64,000 nucleotides of DNA from Eledone cirrhosa (lineage: Eukaryota). This document shows, in pieces, positions 38,286 to 50,700 of this stretch. Where the stretch lies: contig OZ024766.1 of assembly GCA_964016885.1 (NCBI GenBank), positions 12,524,001 through 12,588,000 of the forward strand, in the 5' to 3' direction. Numbering within the stretch: the first letter of the stretch is position 1; each line of letters opens with the position of its first letter. Under the pieces are notes generated by a model that made no database searches, was not told the origin of the DNA, and saw only the letters and a list, made by a program, of their open reading frames with translations. The translations under genes were made by a program, and so were the position numbers.

Positions 38286-38351
38286 TATTTTATCTGATGA
38301 AAGCGCACCATAATTTGCCTTGGTTGCCCTTGAAATATATATAATAAAATA
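38286..38351 (+). ncRNA. minimal type-I hammerhead ribozyme motif, family A
   Basis: tattttat-CTGATGA-aagcgcacca...tggttgccctt-GAAA-tatata-TA-ataaaata; perfect 8-bp stem I. Confidence 0.75.
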
Positions 38352-38734
38352 AATATGGTTTTATAAATATAGTTTCCATTTATTAATATTGGATTGGCAG
38401 TATCGGTAGAGGGTCGGACGCCATGCTTTCCAGCATAGTTATGTCCCTTTACGATCTGAGTTCAAATCCCGCCGAGGTTGACTTTGCCTTTCATCCTTAC
38501 GGGGTCGATAAAATAAAGTACCAGTAATGCACTGAGTAATTGCTGGCCTTGTGCCTAAAGTAGAAACAATTAATATATTGTGTATTTACTCCACTAACTT
38601 GAGTGCTTTATATAAGTTATAAAAATGTTTAAGCTTGTTGAATCCCAACAAATTAAATATAACCTCTGCATATATATATCACGTAGGCAAACAATTAAGG
38701 AAAAAGAAGAAAAAAGGTAAGTCTACCTCTTCAG

Positions 38735-38907
38735 TGTGACAAGATACGAATCTGTGGCTAAAGAATAAGAAGATACACCAACGTTAATGGCGGACAAAGA
38801 AAAGATGATAAAATCTTTGAAAATTCTTATTCAACAACAAAGAAGATTATTTGTTTGGTTGTTTAATAAAATATAAGAAGACAACACATTGATTACATGT
38901 GAAGAGG
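38735..38907 (+). promoter_or_regulatory. putative non-coding exon 1 of ZNF paralog 3 (intron 38908-44180)
   Basis: Inverted homolog of 5398-5570. AATGGCGG at 38786, donor GAGG|GTAAGT at 38907/38908, acceptor TTATTTCAG|AAT at 44180/44181. Confidence 0.6.
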
Positions 38908-39618
38908 GTAAGTTGAGAAAGATTTACTTGAAGTCTATAATAATGTGTGTAAATAATAGAATTATGTGAACCTTTCAACGATACAGTAATTATATACAAG
39001 TGAAAATATTTAACAACTTTGGACATATTTCTTCCTCGTCACTTTTATATACAGGAAAATACATTCAAAGAGTTTTATTAAGGCATAACCGTCAACATTA
39101 TATTACAAATAGAAAGAGAAAAAAATATAAGCAGGTAATTCACACATCTAGGACTACATACAACAAAAGTCAGGCGAAACGGACAAACAGCTACCAGAGC
39201 AAAAGATAACAGTATTGCGAAGAGAACTGGGGGATCCCTCTAATAATTTTTGGGGCAAGCCAGCAAGCTCGCACGTTACCTTGGGTGATGGCGAGGCTGA
39301 TGCGCTAGAACAGCCAAGCGCCCACGTAGGTTAAGCAGAAGAGAGCTGGCCCCGCAGCAGCTGGTGGGCGTGACACTGAAGCTGAATTAAGAAAACTGGA
39401 AGCTGTATTGAGTGGCGAGGGCATAGCGGGAGGTCGTCAATGGCCTATGCTCCACAGAGAGCGATGGAGCTTAATGAATGTCACCAGTACGACCACCTTA
39501 CAGGGTGGACAGCATGCTTTTTTGTCATGTCATCGTACGACCACCTTACAAGATGTACTGTGAGTTTTTTTGTTTTTTTTTTCATGGCAGCAACATTATG
39601 GGACAGGGAAAGCAGTTT

Positions 39619-40019
39619 TGGGCGATATCCAATTTTAGTTGTCTAAATGCCGCTTACTTGCTGTAGTTGCTGCTTACTTCAATGTATGAGGCTATTCCAA
39701 CAAATTTACATTCCCAGAACGAGGAAACTGTGGAGATATGTCGCCGGCCAACAAATGGTTTGTACAGGTAAGAGAAGAAGGGAGCACCCCTCTCTCTCTG
39801 TGCTCCCTGGCAGAAAGATCGCACACTTTCTACGGGGGTGTGTGTGACCCCAAAAGGCTAATAAATCGCAAAAAAAAAAAAACACTAAATAAATCTATAT
39901 TTCTTTTAACGGCTAAAAAAAAGGGAATGTAAATTTGTTGGAATAGCCTCATACATTGAAGTAAGCAGCAACTACAGCAAGTAAGCGGCATTTAGGCCGC
40001 TAAAATTGGATATCTCCCA
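39619..40019. mobile_element. MITE-like element with about 95-bp inverted arms
   Basis: GGGCGATATCCAATTTTAG...ACATTCCC mirrors GGGAATGT...CTAAAATTGGATATCTCCC; no clear TSD. Confidence 0.6.
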
Positions 40020-40565
40020 GATTTGTCCTACAGTCCATGTTTCATCATCATCATCGTTTAACGTCCATCTTCCACGCCAGCATGGGTTAGACGGGAATTG
40101 TCCCACTTGAGGCAAGATTGGTCGGCTGGCCGTGTCTCGCTTGTATAGGTCTGTATCTGGCAGGTTTTCTACGGCTGGATGCCCTTACTAACACCAACCA
40201 CGTTTACAGTGTGGACTGGGAGCCTTTTTATCGTGTTTCCTGCCCATGGGGACGACCTGTTTAACCCATGCAAGCATGGAAAAATGGACGCTGAATGGTG
40301 ATAATGATAATATATATATTACTAAAAGTCTCAGTGATTGCTTGCTTGTTTGCAATATAATACAGCCAAAAGGGCGCATAATGGGAAAATACTTTGAAAG
40401 GAAGTTGACCCTGAAATGGGAATACAAATGGAATAAAACAAGTTTAGCGTAAATCGGAGCATGGGTTTCCGAAATATGAGGCTTTCTGGGTACTTTCATA
40501 AACAAAGGGAAAGAAAGAGATTGTAGGTGTTGAGAGAATAGATAGAAAGAGAGACAGAGAAGGAG

Positions 40566-40609
<44 letters not shown>

Positions 40610-41221
40610 GGTGTTGTCATCATCATCATCATCATTTCATTTTACGTCCGTTTTTCCCTGCTTGCAAGGGTGGGACGGGAACTGATTCTGGCTTGATTTC
40701 TACAGCTGGATGCCCTTCCTAACACCAAACTCATTTACAGTGAGTGCTGGGTGCTTTTTTGCCGTGGCACCTCCACAACCACTTTACAGTGAGTGGTGGG
40801 TGCTTTTTTGCCGTGGCACCTCCACGACCACTTTACAGTGTGGGCTGGGTGCTTTTTTGCCGTGGCACCTCCACGACCACTTTACAGTGAGTGGTGGGTG
40901 CTTTTTTGCCGTGGCACCTCCACGACCACTTTGCAGTGGAATGATAGGGACCCCAGTCCCTATCATCTCATTTCTACAGCTGAGTAAACTGGAGCAATGT
41001 GAAATAAAGTGTCTTGCTCAAGGAAACAACACATCACCCGGTCTGAGAATTGAACTCACAACCTTTCGATTGCAAGGCCAATGCTCTAACCACTAAGCCA
41101 TGTGCCTCCATTATATATATATTTGTTTTGCGAGGTTTTTGATATGAAATCGTGTGTCGAAACAAATGTTATACTTGGGGAGGGTCATATTGTAATACTA
41201 TTACCAGAATTAACACACTCA

Positions 41222-42708
41222 TACCAAAAGATTGGTGCAGTAGCATCATTGTCGACTGCTACAAAGGTAAAGGTGATGCACTAGATAGAGGAAATTATAG
41301 AGGTATAAAGCTGATGGACCAGGTCATGAAAGTAACAGAAAGAGTTCAGTAACAGTTGATTAGGGACTGGGTGAAACTAGACGAGATGCAATTTGAGTTT
41401 GTACCAGGAAGAGGCACCACTGATGCCTTCTTCCTTGTGAGGCAATTACAGGAAAAGTACCTAGCTAAAAGTAAGCCACTCTACCTGGCATTCATCAATC
41501 TCGAGAAAGCCTTTGACAGAGTTCCACGTGCTATAGTCTGGTGGGCTCTTAGAAAACTAGGAGTAGATGAATGGCTTGTGAAAGCTGTACAAGCCATGTA
41601 TAGGATTAGCAATGAGTATAGCGAGGAATTTAGCGTACAGGTTGGTGTCCACCAGGGCTCTGTTCTTAGCCCTCTCCTGTTCATCATAGTCGTGCAGGCA
41701 ATAACGGAGGAGTTTAAGACCGGATTCCCATGGGAACTTATGTATGCAGATGACCTCGCACTTATAGCTGAATCTATGGTAGAACTAGAGAAAAAATTCC
41801 AAACTTGGAAGCAGGGACTAGAAAGAAAGGGTCTCAAAGTCAATCTGACAAAGACTAAGGTCCTTGTAAGTAGACTAGAAAACAGAACCCAGATCCCCTC
41901 AGGGAAATGGCCTTGCTTAGTATGTAGGAAAGGTGTAGGTAGGAACTCCATTCTCTGCCCCAAATGCAAACAATGGGTACACAAGAGATGTAGTGGGATC
42001 TCAGGAAGCTTAATTAAGAATGTAGGCTTCACATGCAGCAGCTGTGCTGGGACAGCAAGCAGCAAACAGCCACAGGAAACAAGTACCACCAATCTCTGGG
42101 AGGGCTCTGTAGAAACAGAAGACAGCTTCTGCTACCTAGGTGACCGAATTAGCAGCAGAGGTGGGTGTTCAGAAAGTACAATAACTAGGGTAAGAACGGG
42201 ATGGAAGAAGTTCAGGGAACTACTGCCACAGCTAGCTGCAAAAGGCTTCTCCCTCAGAATGAAAGGCAGACTGTATGATGCGTGTATCCGAACACCAATG
42301 TTGCATGGTAGTGAGACCTGGGCACTGAAGGTGGAAGACTTACGTAGATTAGAGAGAAACGAAGCCTGCATGCTCCGATGGATGTGTAACAGTAATATAC
42401 GTGAACGACAAAGCATAAATGAATTGAGAGAGAGACTGAGCAAAAGAGGAATCAAATGCTGTGTGCAGGAGAGGCGGTTGCGCTGGTATGGACATGTGAT
42501 GCGTATGAAGGATGACAGCTGCATAAAAAGGTGCAGAGCACTAGAAGTCATTGGAAACCGCGGAGTGGGGAGACCCAAGAAGACCTGGGATGAGGTGATA
42601 AAAGCCGACCTTACCCAATTACACCTCTCAAAGGCGATGACACACGACCGTGACCTCTGGCGTCACGCAGTAATACAGAGTACCCGACCTCCCATGGGTA
42701 CAAGCTGA
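41222..42708 (+). mobile_element. RTE-clade LINE fragment (RT plus Cys-rich PHD-like insert), 5'-truncated
   Basis: 450-aa ORF with LEKAFDRVPR, GVHQGSVLSP, MYADD, CLVC..CPKC..WVHKRC..CSSC and RLRWYGHV; stop codon upstream. Confidence 0.9.
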
Positions 42709-43204
42709 AGCATATATACAATATGCCCCCACACCCTCCCACTGCAAGGTGGTCGTGGAGGTGCCACGGCAAAAAAGCACCCAGCCCACACTGTAAAGTG
42801 GACGTGTAGGCGCCACGGAAAAAAAGCACCCAGCACTCACTGTAAATGAGGTTGGTGTTAGGAAGGGCATCCAGCTGTAGAAATCAAGCCAAATCAGTTC
42901 CTGTATGTGCAAGGCATGGTCAGCCGACCAGACACTGCCCACAACAGGACAACCCATCTAACCCATGCTAGCGTGGAAGAACGGACGTAAAACGGTGATG
43001 ATGATGATGATGACTCACTGTTTGGTTGGTTTTCGCTTCTGTATCTTTTATATCAGTTAATTCATTCGGTCTTCAATGTTTACCATTGACTGACCAACGG
43101 TCAAAAATACAGATGTAATATAGACATAGAGGACCTTGTCTCGCTTGTATAGGACTATCTGACAGGTTTTCTATGGCTGGATGCCCTTCCTAAACACTAA
43201 CCAC

Positions 43205-43812
43205 ATTTACAGTGTGGACTGGGATCCTTTTTACCATGTCTCCTACACAATCACCTTACAGTGTGGACTGGGATCCTTTTTACCGTGTCTCCTACACAAT
43301 CACCTTACAGTGTGGACTGGGAGCCTTTTTACCGTGTCTCCTACACGACCACCTTACAGTGTGGACTGGGAACCCTTTTACCGTGTCTCCTACACAATCA
43401 CCTTACAGTGTGGACTGGGAACCCTTTTACCGTGTCTCCTACACAATCACCTTACAGTGTGGACTGGGAACCCTTTTACCGTGTCTCCTACACAACCACC
43501 TTACAGTGTGGACTGGGAACCCTTTTACCGTGTCTCCTACACAACCACCTTACAGTGTGGACTGGGAACCCTTTTACCGTGTCTCCTACACAATCACCTT
43601 ACAGTGTGGACTGGGAACCCTTTTACCGTGTCTCCTACACAATCACCTTACAGTGTGGACTGGGAACCCTTTTACCGTGTCTCCTACACAATCACCTTAC
43701 AGTGTGGACTGGGAACCCTTTTACCGTGTCTCCTACACAATCACCTTACAGTGTGGACTGGGAACCCTTTTACCGTGTCTCCTACACGACCACTTTACAG
43801 CATGGACTGTGT
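43205..43812. repeat. 49-bp tandem repeat (about 12 copies) from an RTE-related element
   Basis: unit TTACAGTGTGGACTGGGAACCCTTTTACCGTGTCTCCTACACAATCACC. Confidence 0.93.
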
Positions 43813-44238
43813 GTTTTTTTGACGTGACACCTACACAATCTCTTTTGTTTGGACTGGATGTTGTGGTACCAACATAACTTTACAGAGAAAGGGTGGTGTT
43901 GGTGGGAGTGGGAGGATGAAATAGGGGTAGTGGGTTGGGGGTGTATATTTGGTTAGGAGGGGCCTACTTATTGTAGGTTAACTTTGCACGTAGGGAAAGC
44001 GGGTCTTCTTTATTACTTTGGCATCATGCAGTAATATATACACTTTTAGACATTAAGATGGAAGGATACATTTAAAATATTTATATATACAGTTCATCAA
44101 TATAGAACTGTTGTAAAATTTCCACTGTTGAATTTAATATCCTCTCCTCTATATCTTATTTTGTTTCTCTGTTATTTCAGAATATCACATGACATTGACA
44201 GAAGAGAAATTTTTACTTCAGGTACAACATCCAATATC

Positions 44239-44887
44239 TTCTTCTTCATCCACTTATTCCTGAGAGGGTCGTGGGGTCAGAGTCCTTAAACACTCCTTCT
44301 AGCAGGTTGTCAGAAGAAACCGTCTCCAACTTATCTGGCTGTAACCACAAGTTAGGCCAGTCATGTTATCCAATCATCTTGCTCAGGGTCTACCCCTGGA
44401 TCTCTAAGGTTTGTTTTACCCATAAAATCTGTCCAGTGATTCTTTCCCAAGACATTCTAACCACATGTCCATAGTATCGGAGCTGTGATCTCTCAATTCA
44501 GAGATTCTTTCCTGAGACATTCTAACCAGATGTCCATAGTATCAGAGCTGTGATCTCTCAATTCAGAGATTCTTTCCTGAGACATTCCAACCACATGTCC
44601 ATAGTATCAGAGCTGTGATCTCTCAATTCAGAGATTCTTTCCTGAGACATTCCAACCACATGTCCATAGTATCAGAGCTGTGATCCCTCAATTCAGAGAT
44701 TCTTTCCTGAGACATTCTAACCACATGTCCATAGTATCAGAGCTGTGATCTCTCAATTCAGAGAACTATTGGCTCTACCTGGAGTGACTCTTTGATCTCC
44801 AAGCTACATATTTTATCAAGTAACATTACTCCAAAGACCCTTCAGAGGAATCTCTGTCCACTTGCATTTCTGATTGTATTCTTTCAG
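44239..44887 (-). mobile_element. RTE 3' fragment with an internal 65-bp tandem repeat, inserted in the 5' UTR exon of ZNF paralog 3
   Basis: Absent at the homologous position in paralogs 1 and 2. (GAA)n tail; the unit translates ERSQLRYYGHVVRM; period 65 bp from 44461. Confidence 0.75.
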
Positions 44888-45246
44888 TCATTTTTTTAAA
44901 ACTAAAACAAGATTTTACACAGTATTTATACAAGTCTTTTTATATCAACATTTGGTGAATCACAGTGAAATATTTCTTCTAAACTGGAAAGATTTCTCTT
45001 CTTCCTATCTGGAAAATGTAGAAGAAGATTCTGCATTCTTATCAAAGTTGCAAAAATTTACAAAGCAATTTGCAACATTTCCAGATGTCAACAAAGAGCA
45101 GAGCTTATGGAGATGTAACGGAGGAAATATTTGTTGGGAATAAACTGTAAAAACAAAACCAAGAAAAAATATTATATAGTGTTGAGAGAAAAAGTTCTGG
45201 GAAGATATTAGAGACACTTAAAAGATTGATATTTTTTCCTGAAGAG

Positions 45247-46194
45247 ATGTCGAAGGGGAAAGGAAAATCCTCATACCCCTGTGATATCTGTGGTAAATCA
45301 TTCTCTCAATCAGCTCATTTAACTAAACACAAATATATACATACAGGAGAGAAACTATATCACTGTGATATCTGTGGTAAATCATTTTCTTGTACAGGTG
45401 ACTTAACAAGACACATACGTATTCATACAGGAGAAAAACCACATCACTGCGATATCTGTGGTAAATCATTTTCTCAAAAAAGTAATTTAAACAGACACAA
45501 ATATCTTCATACAGGAGAGAAATCTCATCTCTGTGATATCTGTGGTACATCATTTTCTGAGTCAAGTAGCTTAACTAGACACACATTTCTTCATACAGGA
45601 GAGAAACCTCATCAATGTGATATCTGTGATAAATCATTCTCTCAGTCAGCTCACTTAACTCAACATCAATATATTCATACAGGAGAGAAACCTTATCACT
45701 GTAATATTTGTGGTTATTCATTTTCTGTGTCAAGTAACTTAACTAAACACAAACGTATTCATACCGGAGAAAAACCTCATCACTGTGATATCTGTGGTAA
45801 ATCATTCTCTTATACAAGTGACTTAACTAAACACAAACGTATTCATACTGAAGAGAAACCTTATCAGTGTGATGTTTGTGGTAAATCATTTTCCGAGTCG
45901 AGTAGCTTAGCTAAACACAAACGTATTCATACAGGAGAGAAACCTTATCAGTGTGATATCTGTGATAAATCCTTTTCTGTGTCATGTAGCTTAACTAAAC
46001 ACAAATATATACATACAGGAGAGAAACCTTATCAGTGTGATATCTGTGATAAATCCTTTTCTGTGTCGTGTAGCTTAACTAAACACAAATATATACATAC
46101 AGGACAGAAACCTTATCACTGTGATATCTGTGGTAAATCATTCTTTCAAAAAAGCAAATTCACTACACATGTACGTGTTCATACAGAAGTGTAA
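45247..46194 (+). CDS. C2H2 zinc-finger array protein, 11 fingers (ZNF paralog 3)
   Basis: intact ORF MSKGKGKSSYPCDIC...HVRVHTEV, homologous to paralogs 1 and 2. Confidence 0.93.
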   Translation: MSKGKGKSSYPCDICGKSFSQSAHLTKHKYIHTGEKLYHCDICGKSFSCTGDLTRHIRIHTGEKPHHCDICGKSFSQKSNLNRHKYLHTGEKSHLCDICGTSFSESSSLTRHTFLHTGEKPHQCDICDKSFSQSAHLTQHQYIHTGEKPYHCNICGYSFSVSSNLTKHKRIHTGEKPHHCDICGKSFSYTSDLTKHKRIHTEEKPYQCDVCGKSFSESSSLAKHKRIHTGEKPYQCDICDKSFSVSCSLTKHKYIHTGEKPYQCDICDKSFSVSCSLTKHKYIHTGQKPYHCDICGKSFFQKSKFTTHVRVHTEV

Positions 46195-46266
46195 CAGAAT
46201 CAGTGTCAAGCATTAATGTATGAAACTATTGTCCTTTTAGCCACAAATGTTTCAACTAAATCACTT

Positions 46267-46706
46267 ATGGACTCCATAACAACACATCACCTGCTATTTC
46301 TTCCTTGCTGCGCCAACAGTGGCCAGCAAATCTGAGTTTCTGCCCACGTATTGACCTGCTGATAGGCGGTTTATTGCCATAGAGATTCTTATTTGTTGGG
46401 TGTTCCCTCCAAGACAATGTTTAAAGCAGCACGGAGCATACGTGTGTATGCCTCGTCTAGCTTTTTCTCCAGTTGGCTTTTTCTCCACTGTTGGTGCAGC
46501 AAGGAAGAAATAGCAGGTGATGTGTTGTTATGGAGTCCATCTCATGGAGCAAGAAACGCTGGTCGTCCCAAGAAGACATACGTCAAGCAACTTGAGGACA
46601 ATACTGGATGCACTGCGGAAGAACTGGCAAACGCTATGTGAGACAGAGATGGATGGAGGAAACATGTCGTAGAAAGCCAAGCAAGCTCGACCTGATGATG
46701 ATGATG
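46267..46706. mobile_element. 5'-inverted RTE fragment with TSD in the 3' UTR of ZNF paralog 3
   Basis: Minus part 46267-46484, plus part 46485-46706 ending in (GAT)n. TSD AAATCACTTAT / AAACCACTTAT. Confidence 0.75.
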
Positions 46707-47094
46707 AAACCACTTATTATTTTTTCAGATTTTTTCCAACCCACCGCTTATTAAATTTTACTAATCCATCTCCAGTGAAATTTTATTGTAACTGATTCAT
46801 ATAGATACAGCAGCTGGAGATTCTAATCATAATTTCATTTTACATTAAAAAAAAACATTATATATGACAAAAAAAGAACATTACAAGAAAGCCCATATTT
46901 ACGAACGTACACTATACAATTTATGATTTCCCCACTCTTTTGCTTAGCATTTAAACTGGCCATATCGGGCCAGAATTTTCTCAACTTTCTGTTCAAACCG
47001 GCCATAACCAGTTGCTCATACTTATGTTAAAGTATTGTTCTCAAAATAAATTATATCAATCTTGTAGATTTGATATCATGTCAGATAAGTATGT

Positions 47095-47776
47095 AAGATA
47101 AAGCCTTTACCATGAAAATACAATAATATATATAGAGTAATGTAAATGTTATGAGATAGTATGTGAAGTAAAGCCTTTACTGTGGAAATACAATAGTATA
47201 TATAGATTAATGTAAATGTTATGTGAGATATTATCTGAGGTAAAGCCTTTACTGTGAAAATACAATAGTATATATAGAGTAATGTAAATGTGCGAGATAT
47301 TATGTAAGGTAAAGCCTTTATTGTGAAAATACAATAGTATATATAGAGTAATGTAAATGTTATGCAAGATATTAAGTAAGGTAAAGCCTTTACCATGAAA
47401 ATACAATAGTATATATAGAGTAATGTAAATGTTATGTGAGATATTATCTGAGGTAAAGCCTTTACTGTGAAAATACAATAGTATATATAGAGTAATGTAA
47501 ATGTGCGAGATATTATGTAAGGTAAAGCCTTTATTGTGAAAATACAATAGTATATATAGAGTAATGTAAATGTTATGCAAGATATTAAGTAAGGTAAAGC
47601 CTTTACCATGAAAATACAATAGTATATATAGAGTAATGTAAATGTTCTGAGATATTATGTGGGGTAAAGCCTTTACCATGAAAATACAATAGTATATATA
47701 GAGTAATGTAAATGTTCTGAGATATTATGTAAGGTAAAGCCTTTACTGTGAAAATACAATAGTATATATAGAGTAA
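47095..47776. repeat. AT-rich 70-72-bp satellite (continues at 53378-54157 and 59794-60200)
   Basis: same unit as 31675-33258. Confidence 0.93.
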
Positions 47777-50700
47777 TTTCTTTATTTGCCACCAGGGCAC
47801 AAAAGGTAGGGACAGATACAAGGGGGGAAGTTTACATATAATTAACGAGTACAAAAATATAAAAATGAAATAACAACAACAAACGAAGTCCTCAATAGGG
47901 AGGGGGCATTAACATGGGTCGCACACAACCCGGAAAAAATGTGCAACCCTTCTCCTCAGGAGCACAAAGAGTAGGTGCTTCCCTCGTCTCCTCTTTTTCC
48001 TCTTCTTTCACCTACAGGCTGATATAGAGAGAAGACCTATTAACTCTGGCCATTCTCCCTACTTTCACCCACCTTTCATAAAACTTGCTGAGGTAGAGCA
48101 CCTGTCTCTCCATTCTGATCCTTCTTTTAAAATGGTATTTGAAGAAGGGGACCAGTTGTTGGCCGGAGAGAAAGGTGTCTGACCTCAGCCCTTTCAGCCT
48201 CGTCCACCATCAACTTCTTTAGCCATGGCTATCACACAGAGAAAAACCGCCTCTCCTTCGTTTTTGAAAGGAGGAGGCGGTTTGATCGTGACAATGGACT
48301 CGGTGGTCAACCGGATTGGTCCCATCCTCGACAATAGTCGTTCCACATAGCCCCACAGGTCAGCAATGCCTGGGTAGTGTATGAATGCTTGTGCAACGGT
48401 TTCGTCGTCATGCACGCATCTCGAACAGATCTTATTCAGAGGATCTCTACCCAGGCTCCCATGCCTGTGGAGCTTGTCTCGAACGGGTAGAGCCCCTCGG
48501 TAGCACTGCCAAGCCAGGGCATTTTGGAAGTTGTCCATCGGTCCAGGGCCAAACGTCCTACCGAACAGACTGGCCAGTTCATCTTCCTCCATGCCTAGAG
48601 CTTCTCCGAGAGCATCGTCGTACCTGCTGCGTACCAACCCTCTATAGAATGTCGAGGTGGAGTCTCCACTGATTGCCGGGTCCGCTTTCAAGAGGGCCGT
48701 GAGCGCCTGGGCACATTCAATGTGCCAGTCGCCCACTTTTCTCGGTCTTTGCTTGACCCAGGATTGCAGCTCGGTGAGCGAGACGAGTCTGGGAAAGGCT
48801 CGCCTCACAAACGGGGCCCACACCGGTTGACCGGTGAGGAATACCTGGAGGTGCCGTAGCCTTAATGCGTGTTTACGCATCTGTAGCCACGGCATCCCCA
48901 GCCCTCCTTTCGAAGGGTGTTGACAGCAGATGGATCTCCTCACCAAAGGGGTCCACTTGTTCCAAAGAAATTGGAACAGCGCGCACTCCATTTTGGCGAG
49001 TCTTTTCGCTGGGCAAGGCACGACGGTCAAGCGGTAGTAGATGACGGATGCTATATAAGCGTTCGCCACCTCCGCTCGACCTTTCAGGGATAGTTTGCAC
49101 TGGGACCACTTCTGGGTGAGTGCAAACACCCTGGCCGTTACCTCGTTCCAGTTTTTCACCACCTGGAGGTTTGGTCCGAACCAGACCCCAAGCAGCTTCA
49201 CCAGACCCTCCGTCCAGCATCCCACGACGTCATTGGAGGGCATCGGTTTGCCTCTCCATGTTCCGAGTTGCAAACCGACGGACTTGTGTCGGTTCAGCTT
49301 GGCTCCTGTAAACCTTTCATATTCCTCCAGTAAGGTGCCGATCTCACCGATTTGCGAGGTTTTCGACACCATTACTGTCACGTCATCGGCGTAGGCCGAC
49401 ATCGCTTTCTGCAATCCTGGTTCCAAAGGAATGCCCTGTAACCGCTCTAACTTCCGCAGTAGTGGCTCAAGAACCAGCACATACAGAAGGGAGGAGAGAG
49501 GGCATCCCTGTCAGATGGATCGCATGATTTGGAACAGATCCGAGAGGTGGCCGTTCACCTTGACCCTTGAGCAGACGTTGCTGCTGTGCATCGCAGCAAT
49601 CCAACCCCTGAAAACGGGTCCGAAGCCTGCCGCCGTGAGCACCGCATCCAGGTAACGATGGTCAACCCTAGCGAAAGCTTTAGATTGATCCAAGTTGATC
49701 AGGGCCCCGCCAAAGCCGGGTTCATTCCCTACCCTCTCTACGATGTATCGCATAAGGTGGAGATTGTCGTGAATGGACCTGGACGGGATTGCGCATGTCT
49801 GCGCTTCTCCCACCAGGTTTCCGACGACAAGCGCCAACCTCTTCGCTAACACCTTGGCCAAAATCTTTAACTCTGCATTTAGCAGAGTTATGGGCCTGAA
49901 GTTACTTATGTCATCCCCCTTGTTCTCGTCCTTCCTCACCAGCGTAACTACACCCTTGGTTACAAAACTGGGAATTCTCCCGTTCTGCTGCCAGTTGCAG
50001 TAGACCGCTTCGAGGATTACGGAGAACAAGTCCGGCATCGCTACATATAGCTCGTATGGTAGACCATCGAAACCCGGGGATTTGCGTTTTCCGCATTGGC
50101 TCAACGCCGCCCCTATGTCAGCAGCTGAAATCGGCCTTTCGCAGGACTTCGCCTCCCCGTCCGAGAGGCACGGCAGACCGTCGAGTTATGGATTGAAATC
50201 CATAGTCTCACCCGGCGCGCCGCCCCTCCCGAACAGTCGTGCAAAGTGCCGCTGAAAGGCCGCACACATCTGCCCAGGTTCAAGGATCACACGCCCATCC
50301 TGGTCCTTCAAAGACCGAATTGTGGACTTGTTCCCACTTTTTGCCTCTGTCACTCGGGCCCAGCTAACAGCTTTGGCTCCCTCATTACCCAGAGCACATA
50401 TTTTACTCCTGACAACGCAGCCCTCGTGCTTCACATCAAAGAACTGGTCTAAGGCCATTCTTGATGCCAGCACGCTGGCTACATTGCCACTCCTAATCGC
50501 CTCATCTACTCTATCTACTAATTCCCTTTCCGTCTTGTTCCTATCCCTTGCTAATTCCTGACTAAAACCTATCGATTCTATTCTACTTGCTCTCTTAAGA
50601 GAGCTCCACCACCTGTTGTTGACAATTGCCCCTGTCAAACTCTGCTTAACTAACGTGCTAATCCGTTTACTGTAAGCTTTTGCTTGTCGGTAAGGATAAG

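Noticed and set aside
38787-38876. 29-aa ORF MADKEKMIKS... as a coding first exon
   Set aside because: It stops before the donor and is truncated at codon 16 in paralogs 1 and 2.
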